This document shows, piece by piece, positions 1 through 13,895 of a stretch of 64,000 nt of DNA (within the stretch, counting starts at the first letter, position 1; each line of letters begins with the position of its first letter). The translations under genes and the position numbers were made by a program. The DNA is from Octopus sinensis. Lineage: Eukaryota. The stretch covers positions 98,828,001 to 98,892,000 of the forward strand of contig NC_043002.1 of NCBI RefSeq assembly GCF_006345805.1, read 5' to 3'. A model generated the notes under the pieces. The model made no database searches. It had not been told where the DNA came from and saw nothing but the letters and a program-made list of their open reading frames with translations.

Positions 1-780
1 GATAGAAGACCCCTTTCGTCAGTTTTCCAGGGTGTTTGATCATGATAGCCCCCTCCTAACTGCCTCAGCAAGGGGGCATGTTACTCTCCATTGAAGGTGA
101 GGCCCCTTTGAAGATAGTTAATAAACACAATACCTTTTACATAAAAATACTGAGGTCATCATCTTCACTGTAGATGAAACGACATTGGACTTCTTTGAAG
201 CAGGTGAGAAGGGGTGCTTCCACTGCATAGACTGTCTCTTTGTCTTTGGTTTAAAGGGATGAAGCCAACACCCATCATGGGTTAGGAAGATTCAAGAAAC
301 CAGCTGGATCTGCCTCAAACAATGTTAGATTCTCTCGTGGTGTTAGAAGTTCTGGCAACGACTGATTAGAAACTTTCGTCGGGCCAGGTTCCATTGTGCA
401 GAATATTCTCAACTCTCTCACAAGATATACTAATAGTATTTACTATTTGATTAATAGTAAATTGCCTGACATCCATCACAATGTGGTGAATAATCAATGT
501 TTTCTTCGGTGGTGACAGTTGCAGGACCACTAGACCTTGGGTCATCTTCAAGATTCTTTCTTCTCCTCCTAAATTCAGGTGCCTACTGTTGTACTGCCGA
601 TAAAGCTGGAACGGCATTGCCTAATGTAGAAACCACGTCAGCATGAATGTCATTGGGGACTAAACCCTTTTTCTGCGCGGGTACTTGAAAACATCACGAT
701 GCCAAATTTTGTCAATTTTCAAGAGGATTCGTTACTATTTACTTTTGAAATCATCTTTGACCAGTTAGATGACAGTTTAC
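1..780 (-). mobile_element. mariner-family transposase relic, running off the window start
   Basis: Minus-strand translation across stops and frameshifts gives KIDKIWH..., LEDDPR, HHIVMDVRQFTINQIVNTISISCERVENILHN, KRQSMQWKHP and HPGKLTKGV, which follow the mariner N-terminus and catalytic domain in order. Confidence 0.85.
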
Positions 781-1508
781 CAGATAAAACACACACACAC
801 ACACATACACACACACAAACATACAAACACACAAACACACAAACAATGGAGTTATAAATAAGAAGAAGTACTGGAATTAATACCTGCAAGATTTCACAGC
901 TCTAACATCATTCCTTCATAAACAACTATGTGCTTTTCAGCTTACCTTCACATGCTATAAAAAAGAAAAGGCTGTTTAGCTGGAGGTGCAATATTAGTTA
1001 CGAAGACCTATCACGAGAGACATTCTACCCATAATGATTCAGTTTATTTAAAGTTATCTAAGACAACAAGTCATTTCTCTTTATAAGTCATCTGGGAGTT
1101 AATTTGTAAGAATTTGGCTATCGTAAAATTCTCAAGTTGGCTTCAATAATTATTGTTTAACTTTGAGTCCTAATGGAGTAACTACGACAGCGCTTAGCCG
1201 CTAGAGATAGTAACGATTTTGTCCTTACACTAACGTATTAAGGAAAAGAAAGGACCCCCTTGTAATACAACCCGGTCCTGCAAGCTAGAAAGTATCTCAT
1301 CATCGCCGCCAAAGCAGGTATCATTTTCTACTCCATTTATATATGTTGTCTGGCCACCACATTATAATTTTGAAATGTCTATAAAACCGTCAAAAGCTTG
1401 TTTATTTTTATGTTTTTTGATCTATTATTAGTGTTGTTTAATATGTTTTGCTAAAATTGCTGTTTCTTTTCAGATATCATCAGAAAAAGGTAATTAAAGC
1501 TCACCAAA

Positions 1509-2467
1509 ATGACAGATCTATCGGACTTTCAAAGAGGTCAAATTGTTAGTGCTCTTATGGCAGGCGCTATCGTAACGAAAACAGCCGAAATGTTAGGTGT
1601 ATCAAGACGTACTGTCTCTTAAGTAATGACAGCCTTTGAGAAAGAGGGAAAAACCTCCTCGTTGAAACAAAACTCCGGAAGAAAACCAAAACTTTCAGAC
1701 AGGGACCGTGTGATTCTTACGCGAAATGTTAGAAAGGATCACGAAAGTACAGCTCCCAAAATTACTGTAGAGCTTAATGAACACCTCGAGAAACCAGTTT
1801 CCACAAAAACTGTTCGCCGGGAGCTGCACAAAGCCGAATTTCACGGGAGGGCTGCAATCAGAAACTCACTACTTTCAAAAACAAACGTTGCAAAGCGTTT
1901 AGAGTGGAGTAAAAACCTACAGAATTGGTCCCTAGAGCAGTGGAAGCATGTTATTTTCTCGGACGAGTCATCATTTACCTTATTTCCGACCAACGGCTGA
2001 GTATACGTGTGGAGACAGCCAAAAGAAGCATTTGACCCAGACTGCCTTCTTCCAACTGTTAAACATGGAGGATGATCTGTAATGATCTGGGTTGGGGTTA
2101 TATCTTGGAAATCCGCCGACCCACTGTTTTTCCTTCATGGCAAAATTAATAGTCAAGACTAAGCATTTTATCTGATCAAATTCATCCTATGGTTGCGGAA
2201 CTGTTTCCAGAGGAAAATGCAATCTTTCAGGATGATAATTCACACAGCTAAAGTTGTTACTGAATGGCACGAGGAACATTCTAGTGAAGTTGAATATCTT
2301 ATATGGCCACCACAGTCGCCAGATCTCAACATTATTGAACATTTATGGTGCATTTTAGAAAAACAAGGATTTGCTAACCTACACCATCATTACTACAAAA
2401 ACTGGAGACTGTTATAATAAATTTGTTTGAAATTTTAAGGTGTTTCCATTATTTTGTCCAACCCCTG
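1509..2467 (+). mobile_element. Tc1-family (DD34E-type) transposon, decayed; 3' TIR present, 5' TIR not found
   Basis: ATG at 1509 gives MTDLSDFQRGQIV, a stop at 1620, then GRKPKLSDRD, VIFSDESSF, FQDDN and WPPQSPDLNIIEHLW. The element ends GTTTCCATTATTTTGTCCAACCCCTG followed by TA (2468-2469). Confidence 0.9.
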
Positions 2468-2494
2468 TATGTGTATATACACATGCATATATAT

Positions 2495-2549
<55 letters not shown>

Positions 2550-2655
2550 TCAATACCTACCTACCTACCTCCCTTCCTACCTACCTACCTACCTACCTAC
2601 CTACCTACATGTATGATTTTAGGTGGATAATATATCAAACAATATTTCAAATCGT

Positions 2656-2875
2656 TAAGGCGGCGAGCTGGCAGAAACGTTAGCACGCCGGGCGAAAAGC
2701 TTTGTGGTATTTCGTCCACCGCTGCGTTCGGAGTTCGAATTCCGCCGAGGTCGACTTTGCCTTTCATCCTTTCGGGATCGATAAATTAAGTACCAGTTGT
2801 GTACTGCTCGATCAAATTGATTGGCCCACTTCCCCCAAATTTCGGGCTTTGTGTCTAGAGTAGAAAAGAATACTT
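2656..2875 (+). mobile_element. SINE family C, short-tail variant
   Basis: Head AAGGCGGCGAGCTGGCAGAAACGTTAGC, B-box-like GAGTTCGAATTCC and body GGTCGACTTTGCCTTTCATCC; about 10 further copies in the window. Confidence 0.85.
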
Positions 2876-3469
2876 CAAATAGCTGTTTTTTCACTATATC
2901 AATAACGGCGGATTTCGTCTTAGTATGCAGTTGCCAATGGATACTTGCTACTGACGAAGCTCAAAGCAGCAGAAATGCCCATTTAGCAAGGTCAGCGCCG
3001 CAGCTGGATGATTTTCGTCTGTAACTGATATATATATTTGCGCTATTTAACACTGTACATCTATAAGAAATTACGATAGTTCGCTATATACATAACCCTG
3101 CATGCACGTGTGCATGCGTGTGTGTGTACGTACACATACACATTCATACATATGTATATATATATATATGTACGCGCTCATGTGTATGTATGCATGTTTG
3201 TACACATGTACACATCAGTAGAAAAATCAGCAAGTGAAATATCGGAGTGTTAAATATCCATATTTTAACCTTGATTTCATTTTTGCTTTCTTCTTTTTGT
3301 GCTATATTTTTGCAATGTAAGCGTTATCAGAGACGCGCTCGTAATGTCCATAAAATGGCCTGACTTCTCATATTAAATCAATGTTAAATGTCTGTAAATA
3401 TCTGTAACTGATTCTGACTCTGTGTTATATTTTACTTCCTTTCTTCAGAATGGTTAAATCTCACTACTT

Positions 3470-3522
<53 letters not shown>

Positions 3523-3793
3523 CACACACACACACACCACACACACACACACACCACACACACACACACACGCTCACACACGCACACACACACACACATA
3601 CACACACACACACACACGCGCACACACACAGACACACACATACACACACACACGCACACACACACGCTCGCGTGCAGACTTATCACTCTCAGTTAAATTA
3701 TGTTCTCACTGTGTATACTCCATTGATAATCTACATCTGAAATCAATTTCATGTAAAAATGGAAAAGAAAAAGAAACACACACATACGTATGT

Positions 3794-3855
<62 letters not shown>

Positions 3856-3860
3856 TATGT
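3470..3860. repeat. (CA)n and (TA)n microsatellites
   Basis: Directly visible; source of the HT/CV/YI ORFs. Confidence 0.95.
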
Positions 3861-4404
3861 ATACTTATAAAAACATAAACACATACACATGTTACATATG
3901 CGAATACATTCATAAATAAACAGGCACATCTATACACCCCACCACACATATATTCACATACATATATAAACGTATAGCATATAGATGTATGCATATATAT
4001 ATAATGTTATAATAATGTATAATCTTTACTCTCTTAGCTGATCGAGTGCTTTTGTGCTTTTCTATTTGTAGAAGCACTACCACATAATTATATATACATA
4101 AACATACATACATTCATAAACGTATATGCATGTGCATATCTAGTGAGTAAAATTTAATGTACGTCTGTTACTGTGAAGGTTAGAGGTTCACATAGACTAT
4201 GTTCAATCAGGCTGCTTCCAGCGTAGTGGTTAAGCTACTACTATACTATTATTATTAGTTATGGCAAACGGAACAAATTTTGGATAAATTACGATAAACA
4301 TAAGTTTATATCATCTGTTCCTACGCATGTTGCATCATTATGATTGTATGGAACTCTGCATTGGATATTTCCAGTGTAATTGGTTGCTAAACTACTCTGG
4401 TGAA

Positions 4405-4590
4405 TATAGTTCTGTATTTAAGAGATGAGGAATTATGTACATTATTTACATTTGACGGATATTTGTCCACATCTTTGTTGTTAATACAACATTTTGGCTG
4501 ATGTGCTCTCCAGCCTTCGTCGAGTGTCTTGGGGAAAATTTCGAACCTGGGTTCTCATTCCTAAGCTATTTTCCGATGTTTTTTTTAAAC
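4405..4590 (-). mobile_element. probable PLE-type terminal fragment with a decayed hammerhead motif (4484-4527)
   Basis: Minus strand reads ACAC-TCGACGA-A-GGCTG(10 nt)CAGCC-AAAA-TG-TT-GTAT. Stem II is intact; the core is mutated relative to CTGANGA/GAAA. The PLE assignment is inferred from the motif only. Confidence 0.45.
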
Positions 4591-5294
4591 CACAACTGAC
4601 CATCAGGGAACTCTTTATTACATTGCAACGTGCTGTGATAAAATTTTCCCCTATTTTCAACATATGTGTGTGCGTGTTTGTGTATTTATGTGTGTGTGTG
4701 TGTGTGTGCATCTTTGTGCCTGTGTTTGTCCCTCACCACCGCTTGACGACAGGTGTTGGTTTGTTTACGCCAGTGTAAGGTAACAGAAACCAATAGATAA
4801 ATGCAAAGTCTGACAAATATTATAAATACAAGGTTTGATTCGTTCGACGAAAATTCTTCAAGATAGTGCCCCAGTCTGACCGCAGTCAAATGATTTAAAC
4901 AAGCAAAAGAGAAAAGATGATGTCCTGTGGTAATTAGCGTTTAATGCTTTGAAAATTTAAAAATACTCCGTTAAAATTTCAACCATGAGGTATTCGAAAC
5001 CGTACCTTACTTGCCCAGAACTCTCTGTTTGCTAATGTTACCAGTGCTGGCTTTCGTAAAATACCGTTTATAACCATTTTCATCTATTGAAAATCACGGA
5101 TATTATATTGATATATCGTTTTCGATGTTGTAAGCTTTAGTAAGATATCATATTTTCAAATATTATGGCCAATAAATTGCTTTATATTATAATTTTTCTT
5201 TATAGTTAATTCTTTGGTGTACGTATCAAAGAATATATACTGTTTATACTTTACAAGCATGCGCACTCACAGTATATATATATATATTATATAT

Positions 5295-5340
<46 letters not shown>

Positions 5341-7146
5341 TACATTCATATATTCAGATACAGACACACGTGTATATATACTTACGCATATGCACGCACA
5401 GACAGAGGTATGTATGTGTACGTATTGCACTTACATGTACTCTTATTCGTACATACCTCATACAGGAATATGAATACGTATGTTTGTATGTATGTTTGTA
5501 TGTATGTATGTATGTATGAATAAATATATATATAATGTATATATGTATATATGGACATATGTTTGCGCAATATGCATATATATGCATTCATATATATATA
5601 TATATATTTACAGAGACATATATTGTAATAAAATAATCGATGACCTTTTGAATAAATGATGTATAGATTTTAAGTGCTGTAATCACATGATCACACACAT
5701 ACCTCCTTGACCTTAACCGAATCTTTGCTCATACCAAACATCACCATCTGGGACTTGTTAACTAATTTCCATTTTCTGAATTACAATTATCTTCTTTTCA
5801 TATCTCTTCCTTCCAATGGAAATAAGACAGTGAAAGGAAAACATTATCAAATTTGTCAAGAAAGAATGAAGGAAGAAAGAAAACAAGAAGGAGCTCAATA
5901 AGTGGAAGGGAAAGAAAAGCAAAAGAATACGAATGAGATTTCTGTGATAAAATTCGTTGACTTGTATTAATCATTATGTTTTGTTTTAACCACAGATCCG
6001 TCCTGATTCATCAGACCTGTGATGTAACTTGTCCTATCCTTGACGGTGGAGTGTTATTTTTCCCAGCTATTTTCCATCAATAACGTAATTTCAATTTAGT
6101 GGCAATCTGGTGGAAGGTTTGCGTCAGAATATGCCATTAATTTAATTTATGTTGGAAGAAAGAAACGTTTCGAATGGTTGTCTTTCATCAAGAGAAATGC
6201 AAGGAAAAAATAGGCGGCAGTGAGTGGGATCAAACCTGAATCAACTGCTTGGGAAGCGAACTGCTTAACAACTCAGCCAGTATTTTGAAACGGTCATCTT
6301 AATAATAACTTCCCAGAGGCTTCGTAGCGTAGAAAGATGTCCCACATAATCCATTTGTCGAAATCTTTTTCCTAGTAATTCGCTACAATAGTCGCTTTAA
6401 TGATATGAGATACTGGCAGCCAACTATAAATCTTCTATGTTGTTGTTCGAGCTGCTAGGAATAACTGTGTAGTCCCACTCAGATCACATACTATCGTCTT
6501 GAAATAGAGAGGGCGCATTCATTCGATAATGCGGTCCTAGTTACTTTTAAAAGTAACAGAAGGAACAGAATAGATTTAGATGATGGCCTTGCCGTCGAAA
6601 ACGGGGATCATCATGAATTTCCTGGAGGAATTCTTTTGTCTAGATTCTTGTGGCAGCATTAAAACATGCTCGGCTCATACAAGTCAATCCTTAAGAAATC
6701 GGGAGAATTTCATAAGTTCCTGTGACACTTTTGCCCAATCTAACACAAATCCTTATTGTATAGTGTGCTTCCAAATTATCTACACATCCCGACTGCATTC
6801 TGCAAACTAGTCAGCTGTGACAAGCAGTGTTGTATGATGGTTGTAGAATAATTATAATCACAGCATAAGTAAGTCAAAGTTGACCTGGAGTTAAACAATA
6901 GACACACACACAAGTAAGATATATTTCTGGAATGTATAATTCTTATCACCAGTGAAATGTAAACATATCCGAACCAACATATAGCTTTGAGACACAGAAT
7001 TAAAGAGTTACACAATTATAAAAATTGCCCAGGAATACGGGTGTAAAATAATATTTTGAAAATAAATGGAAATATAAGAACATACAAGGTGCATTTCAGA
7101 AGTTTTGAGACTTTTTCAGGAGAGACATTTATTAATCTCCAAAAGG

Positions 7147-7545
7147 CGCAGGAGTGGCTGTGTGGTAAGTAGCTTGTTTACCAACCACATGTTTCCGGGT
7201 TCAGTCCCACTGCGTGGCACCTTGGGCAAGTGTCTTCTACTATAGCCTCGGGCCGACCAAAGCCTTGTGAGTGGATTTGGTAGACGGAAACTGAAAGAAG
7301 CCCGTCGTATATATGTACATATATATGTATGTGCGTGTATATGTTTGTGTGTCTGTGTTTGTCACCCAACATCGCTTGACAACCGATGCTGGTGTGTTTA
7401 CGTCCCAGTAACTTAGTGGTTTGGCAAAAGAAACTGATAGAATAAGTACTAGACTTACAAAAATATGTCCTGGAGTCGATTTGCTCGACTAAAGGCGGTG
7501 CTCCAGCATGGCCGCAGTCAAATGACTGAAACAAGTAAAAGAGTA
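7147..7545 (+). mobile_element. SINE family B (CORE-like), full length
   Basis: tRNA-like head (TGGCTGTGTGG ... GGTTCAGTCC), CCTTGGGCAAGT CORE-like motif, internal TA/TG tract, and 3' end CAGCATGGCCGCAGTCAAATGACTGAAACAAGTAAAAGAG. Partial or degenerate copies at about 4700-4915, 14698-14815, 26690-26915, 32968-33085, 37978-38130 and 48610-48960. Confidence 0.9.
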
Positions 7546-10092
7546 AGTAAAAAATTCCGATCTACTTCAAAGTAAGTGCCGCTGACTTCATATATATATA
7601 TGAGCATGTCTAGATATGCAACTATATGCATGAGATCACATACATAAAACAAAACATGCAAATCTGCACACATACATACATACATACATACATACATAAT
7701 ACATACATACATGCATACATACATACAAACATACATATATACATACACACGCAGACACACATATACACACTAACGACTAGAATTCTGGGCACTTTCCTAC
7801 ATAGCTGCTACTTGCCGGATTTATGCCTGTTTCCTTTCATAATTAAGAATAATCATCGATTGAAGATGGCTATAGCAATGTAATCATCTTCAAATGATTT
7901 TTTTATATGTTGCTTTCAAATTGATATTGTGTTTATAGTAAAACAGATAATTATCAAAACTCAGACTATATAAAAACGAAATTATATGGGAGTCAATATG
8001 TATTTCTTTACTGGCCATTCATCAATAGCCAATCAGAACTGAGATAAGATCAGCTGATGAGCGGTGAGGCTAGTCCACGCTTCTTTAGATAACCAATCAT
8101 CGTCATTTTCATGAGCCAATTATTTATTAGTCACAATCACATCCTTTTGTTAGTCGATTAAATATCGCTAGCTTTCGTTTCGTAATTGCTTTCATAATTT
8201 GTCACCTGTGGCCCCTGTACAAAGAAAGACTGAATATACCTAAGTGAAGAAGGGCTCTAAATATCTGAGAAGTATACAATTTCAAGAACTGTCTGGAAAT
8301 CTCAGAGAAAGTGCAACAAAATCGGACGTAATTAAACAAGGACAAAAAAAAAGAAAGAAAAAAAAACGATGATCCAAAAGAGCCGTATAGACGCTGATTT
8401 AACTGTAATTTATGAAAAGACAAAATTAATACAACAAAATGCTAGAAGTCACTGGGCCCAGTTTAAGGGACAGAACTTTAATGTGCCGAGTATTTGATGG
8501 AGGAGTTAAAGCAAGAATACCAAGGAAAAATCACACCTGAATGTCCTTCAGAGAAGAGAACATAGCAAGAAGATCGAAAGATGGCCAGTAGAATTTTCAC
8601 ACAAAGCCATATATGAATTATGAGAAGAAGAATTCTGCTTTGAAGAGCACTTGAATCGAAATTCTAGCAGGGATTTGAACCTTAACCGCTAGAAACCTGG
8701 TTAAGAATCACGAGTAAGCCTCCATGTTTTTACCTGATTGATCTATAAATCGGACATTCAGTGCCAATGTTGCTTTCTCGAATGTTCTAGAATCTATCCT
8801 CTGTTACCTTATAAAAAACAGTTTGGCATTTAAGTCGTTGCGGAGTGTTGAGTCCAGCCGACTGATTCATACGCCTTACCTGTTGACACACAGACGACTC
8901 AAGACAAACGGTCGACAGGCCGCTGGCGCTACAGTTAACCTCGGACTTTTACTCAGACTTCTCTAGGAACTCGGACACGTCACACGATATCCCACAGATA
9001 GCTTCCTACATTTACAGAGCAGTTTTTGTTTCCTCTCAGTCGGCAATTATTAATATTGTTTATCTTAATAAGCCAACACAATATGATGCCGGGTAAAAAA
9101 TATCAAAGTTAAATGTTTGTGAGTGTACTTCAGTTATTATTCACGTAGCCACCGTCATTCCGCACATACACTACAACAATGAGGATAAAGCCATCCACTT
9201 CGACAACGGCGACTCTAACGTTTGAAGCATATCATCATTGATCAGCTCAAACCAAGTAACAAGCAACCACGCGTCACTAATGACCCCGACGTCATACGAT
9301 CATACATCCTTCTGATACATCAGCCGCAAGCTATATATTTCGTACTTGAGCGTATTACAATACACAAGGGAAGAAACCTGTCAGTGTAATGCTGTGTATT
9401 TGTATACAGAAGTGTTAGCCTAACTGTAATTACACATGGAAAGTTATGAGTAATGCTGAAAATTCCAGCTATATTTTGGAAACGGAAGTACTGCATTCAA
9501 TTAGTGACATGTTTTCGCATGATTCGAAAAAAAAAACAACTTACAGTAAAACGGTGTCCCATGTCATGCAAGAAAATCTAGAATCAAATGGTTGAAAAGC
9601 CATAAACATTTTATAACAGCATGGAAATAATCTTGAACTAAACCCAATACAAAATTTATGATCTAGACTCAAGAGACTGGTATCGGCTTACAATCCGAGC
9701 AACAAAATTCAATTAATTGAACTAATCATCAATGCCTGGTTTAGATTCTGAAAACCAAAGAGCTTGAAGAATCTTATCGCGTTTATGCCAAATAGAATTG
9801 ATGTAATGTTTAACATGAAGGTCAACCTAGTGAATGCTAATGGAAGTTACCATATTGTAAAGTGATCTTGCTTTTTATGGTTTAAGCTGATAAATGTGTG
9901 TTTTTGTGTCTTTAATGCTATAAGTCGCCATATTCAGTTGAAAACCAATAGTAAGTTTAAACCAACAGTTTGGTGAAGAATAAAGTATCTGTTGAAGATG
10001 AATACGAAAATAATTATGAGCAAGAAAAAAGGAATATTTTCAATACGCAAAATGTGTGAACGCGTCCTCAATTCTGGCCACTAATGGACACA

Positions 10093-10138
<46 letters not shown>

Positions 10139-10150
10139 ACACACACACAG

Positions 10151-10182
<32 letters not shown>

Positions 10183-11012
10183 ACACACACACACACAATA
10201 AATTCATATATTCTTTCATATGAGGCAACCTTGTGCAGAACTTCAAACTATCTGAATTAGCATCTAAATGTACTCAAACCACATCTTACCATCTTAAAAG
10301 GCGATGATACGTTGGAAGATGCCACTGTAAATGTACAATACCTGGATTAAATATGGGATGATCACAGAGAGATGTATGTAAACTAAACTTATATACATGC
10401 ATACATACGTACATACACACATGCGTACATGCATACATACATGTAAACAAATATAAAAAACAAACAATAATAAACAAAAGCGCTGATTTGTTTTTAATAT
10501 TTCATAGTTCGGACTGGTTGTGCGTTGGTAGAATACTTAGACACTCGGACAAAATGGCTTGCTGTATTTGTTCCGGCTTCTTACGAGCCATAGTCAATTC
10601 TGTCTTTCATTCAATAGAGGTCGATAAAATAAAGTATCAGTTAAATACTGGCAGAGAGTATTTTGAAGCTCAACAATTTATACTTTTATCTTTGCTTTAG
10701 TAATAGTAACATTGCAATCGTGGGGATGTGTGAATGTGGTGGTGGAAAATAAATTTATTCACGTGCTTTCTACAGTGCTCCGTACAACCACATCACAGCT
10801 TCAAACAAGCCCTTTGGGATCTTTTTAGTTACGTGGATGATTGTAGGGGGACATATATGTTAACCGACCTGACTGTCTCGTATGGGTTAGATGTGAAGTA
10901 CATTTGCTATGAAAGCAGGTGATAATAGGACTGGCAGAACAGCGACGAAGCGTACGAAGATAAAAATTATGTGGTAGAACTATTTTACAATGATCGTCTA
11001 ATTATTCTGATA

Positions 11013-11406
11013 GTGGAGATGCAATGGCCCAGTGGTTAGGGCATCGGACTCGCGGTCATAGGATCGCGGTTTCGATTCCCAGACCGGGCGTTGTGAGTGT
11101 TTATTGAGCGAAAACACCTAAAAAGCTCCACGAGGCTCCGGCAGGGGATGGTGGTGATCCCTGCTGTACTCTTTCACCACAACTTTCTCTCATTCTTACT
11201 TCCTGTTTCTGTTGTACTTGTATTTCAAGGGGCCGGCCTTGTCACTCTCTGTGTCACGCTGAATATCCCCGAGAACTACGTTAAGGGTGCACGTGTCTGT
11301 GGAGTGCTCAGCCACTTACACGTTAATTTCACGAGCAGACTGTTCCGTTCATTCGGATCAACCGGAACCCTCATCGTCGTAACCGACGGAGTGCTTCCAT
11401 CCATCC
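11013..11406 (+). mobile_element. SINE family A, young, with 12-bp TSD
   Basis: Pol III A box TGGCCCAGTGG and B box GGTTTCGATTCC; (CCAT)n tail; TSD AATTATTCTGAT at 11000-11011 and 11407-11418. Confidence 0.93.
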
Positions 11407-12371
11407 AATTATTCTGATGTGGACGGGTTGATATATGATGACTGAGTAATTATTGTTGGTGTTTGGCCCCAAACAGTCCTGAACTTGGAGATCTATATAT
11501 CAAAGGCGTTTCCACTATGGTCGATTCACATTTCTTCCAGTTATAATGTATGTAGGATGACATCATCTAACGTGTTATTCTTTTTTAAGACTGTAGGATG
11601 CCATTTAAAAGAAATCTAGTTACTATTTCTGTCAGACTGTAGGACCACGTAGGGGTTGCTTGTTCAACTCATCTGGTGGTGGTGGTGGGGAACAAGTGGA
11701 CTCGAGAATTCTTACGTATGTACCTAAAGTCGGAGCTTTCATGATTAGCTCCTTCAGAACGTTTGCTATCTAATCTGATTCATAAATGACAATGCATGGA
11801 AATCTTGAGATATCTTGAAATATCTTGAATCTTATACCCATAGTTTGAAACACGAGGACTTTATCACTGAATCAGTGCCCAACTTGTAATTGAAATATAC
11901 TATTGAAGACGTTTCTAAAGTACTCCACTTGATTATCCAGTGCTTACGATTACGCAGAGATAATACATAAATATGTATATTTATGCGGGTAATAACAATT
12001 AAAAAGACCTTCTCTTTGTCAGAATTTTGTTTTTGTTTTTACTTCGCCGTTAAATGAGAGGAAACCACACAGATACGCTCGATGCTAAAAAGAATAAACC
12101 AGAACTTTTCATGGATATATAAGTTCTTTACATTTAACAATTTTACAGAAAGTTGCATAGTAAAATTATTTTGCATTTATATTTCCTTAACAAACTGTCA
12201 AAATATCCATTCCATCTTCTCATAAAATAACATACAATATTAGATATATAGACTTTAAATATCTATAAGCTTCTAAGTAAATAATAACGAAAGCTGTCAA
12301 CATATCAAAACGGTGTTTTATTTAATTATTGAAACTTTTAGATTTCTAACAAGCATCTCTTAAGATGTTGT

Positions 12372-12408
<37 letters not shown>

Positions 12409-12411
12409 CAA

Positions 12412-12501
<90 letters not shown>

Positions 12502-12714
12502 AGCAAACAATTGTTGTTGCACAAATGCACCAGTAATAGTGTGTTTACGAATATTTCTGTTAATAGATTTATACTGACTTCGGTAATTGAGAGGTGAGGC
12601 TAGCGATCTCGAAGCTATCAAGTTCGTAGTCATAGCTATAGAAGATATTGTGACTTATTTAGAGTATATTTTCGAAGCGATATTCTTTTTCTTTTTTTTT
12701 TCTTTTTCTTCTCT

Positions 12715-13105
12715 CAATCACTAGTCTATGTTGGGGCATCACCTTGAAGAACGGAAGAAATTTAGTCGACCGAAACGACCCCAGTGATTATTATTTTTTT
12801 GTAAATCCTGGCACTTTCTCTATTTGTCTATTTTGCCCAACCGCTCATGGTACGGGGACGTAAGCACACCAACACCGGTTGTCAAGTGGTGGGAAACTAA
12901 TACATACAAACACACACACACACACACACACATATATATGATGGGTTTCTTTCAGTTTACATCTACCAAATTTATTCACAAGGCTTTGCTCGACCCCGGG
13001 CAATAGTAAAAGACACTTGCCGAAGGTGTCACGCAGTGGGACTGAATCCGGAACCACGTGGTTGAATAGTAGACTTCATACAACACAGCAACGCCTGCGC
13101 TTATC
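12715..13105 (-). mobile_element. SINE family B
   Basis: Reverse complement of the 7147 element, with internal CA tract. Confidence 0.8.
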
Positions 13106-13499
13106 AAATATAAACTTATCAAACATATTGGAAAAGATTTCACAAATGCATTAAATCAATCTTATATCCATTAGCAGAAAGACCACCATCCGGGCCGTTT
13201 TCTGCTAATTGCTAAATTATATTTACATATTTAATTCCCAACTTGTGTAATTTTTCTGATATTACATCAAATTTTCCTTTGAACCCTTTATTCGTTTGAT
13301 AGTAATCACTAGCAAATTTAGGGCATAACTACAGAGATGTACCCCGCCGAATTTGTTTCATTATAAATTTCGGGAAAATGGATATTTATAAATGAAAGTT
13401 CCTACAAATATGTTTCAGATTGACAACATTATGATTATAATGGAATTTATGGTAACAAACGTTTTTGAAGTGATTTTCGGATAATTCACACATCTTTAT

Positions 13500-13895
13500 C
13501 TTTTACCTGTTTCAGTCATTAGATTCCGGCCATGCTGGGGCACCACTTTGAAGAATTTTAGTGGAATGAATCGGCCCCCCCCCCCCCCGGTGCTAATGAT
13601 TTAAAAAAAAATACTAGCACTTATGCTACCTGTTTTTTTTTGCTGAACCGTTAAGTTACGAGTACATAAAAAACACTACCATCTGTTGTCAAGGGATGGT
13701 AGGGTAGAAATACAAAGATAGACACAGACACACACACACAGAACAGGTTTCTTTCAATTTCCGTCTACCAAATCCATTCACACGGTTTAAGTCGGCCCGA
13801 GGCTATAGAAGACACTTGCCCAAGGTGCCATGCAAAGGAATTGAACCCAAGACTATGTGGTTAGGAAGCAACATTCTTACCGTACAGCCATGCCT
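13500..13895 (-). mobile_element. SINE family B, older copy
   Basis: Reverse-complement similarity to 7147-7545 at both ends. Confidence 0.75.

Noticed and set aside
8054-8085. CTGATGA as a hammerhead core (also at about 20100 and 54306)
   Set aside because: No stem II followed by GAAA and no closing stem I.
11013-11090. tRNA gene-like sequences here and at other SINE heads
   Set aside because: They lack a complete acceptor stem, continue into SINE bodies and are flanked by TSDs.
13168-13212. Inverted repeat TTAGCAGAAA...TTTTCTGCTAA
   Set aside because: Short and isolated, with no supporting context; compatible with chance or old element debris.
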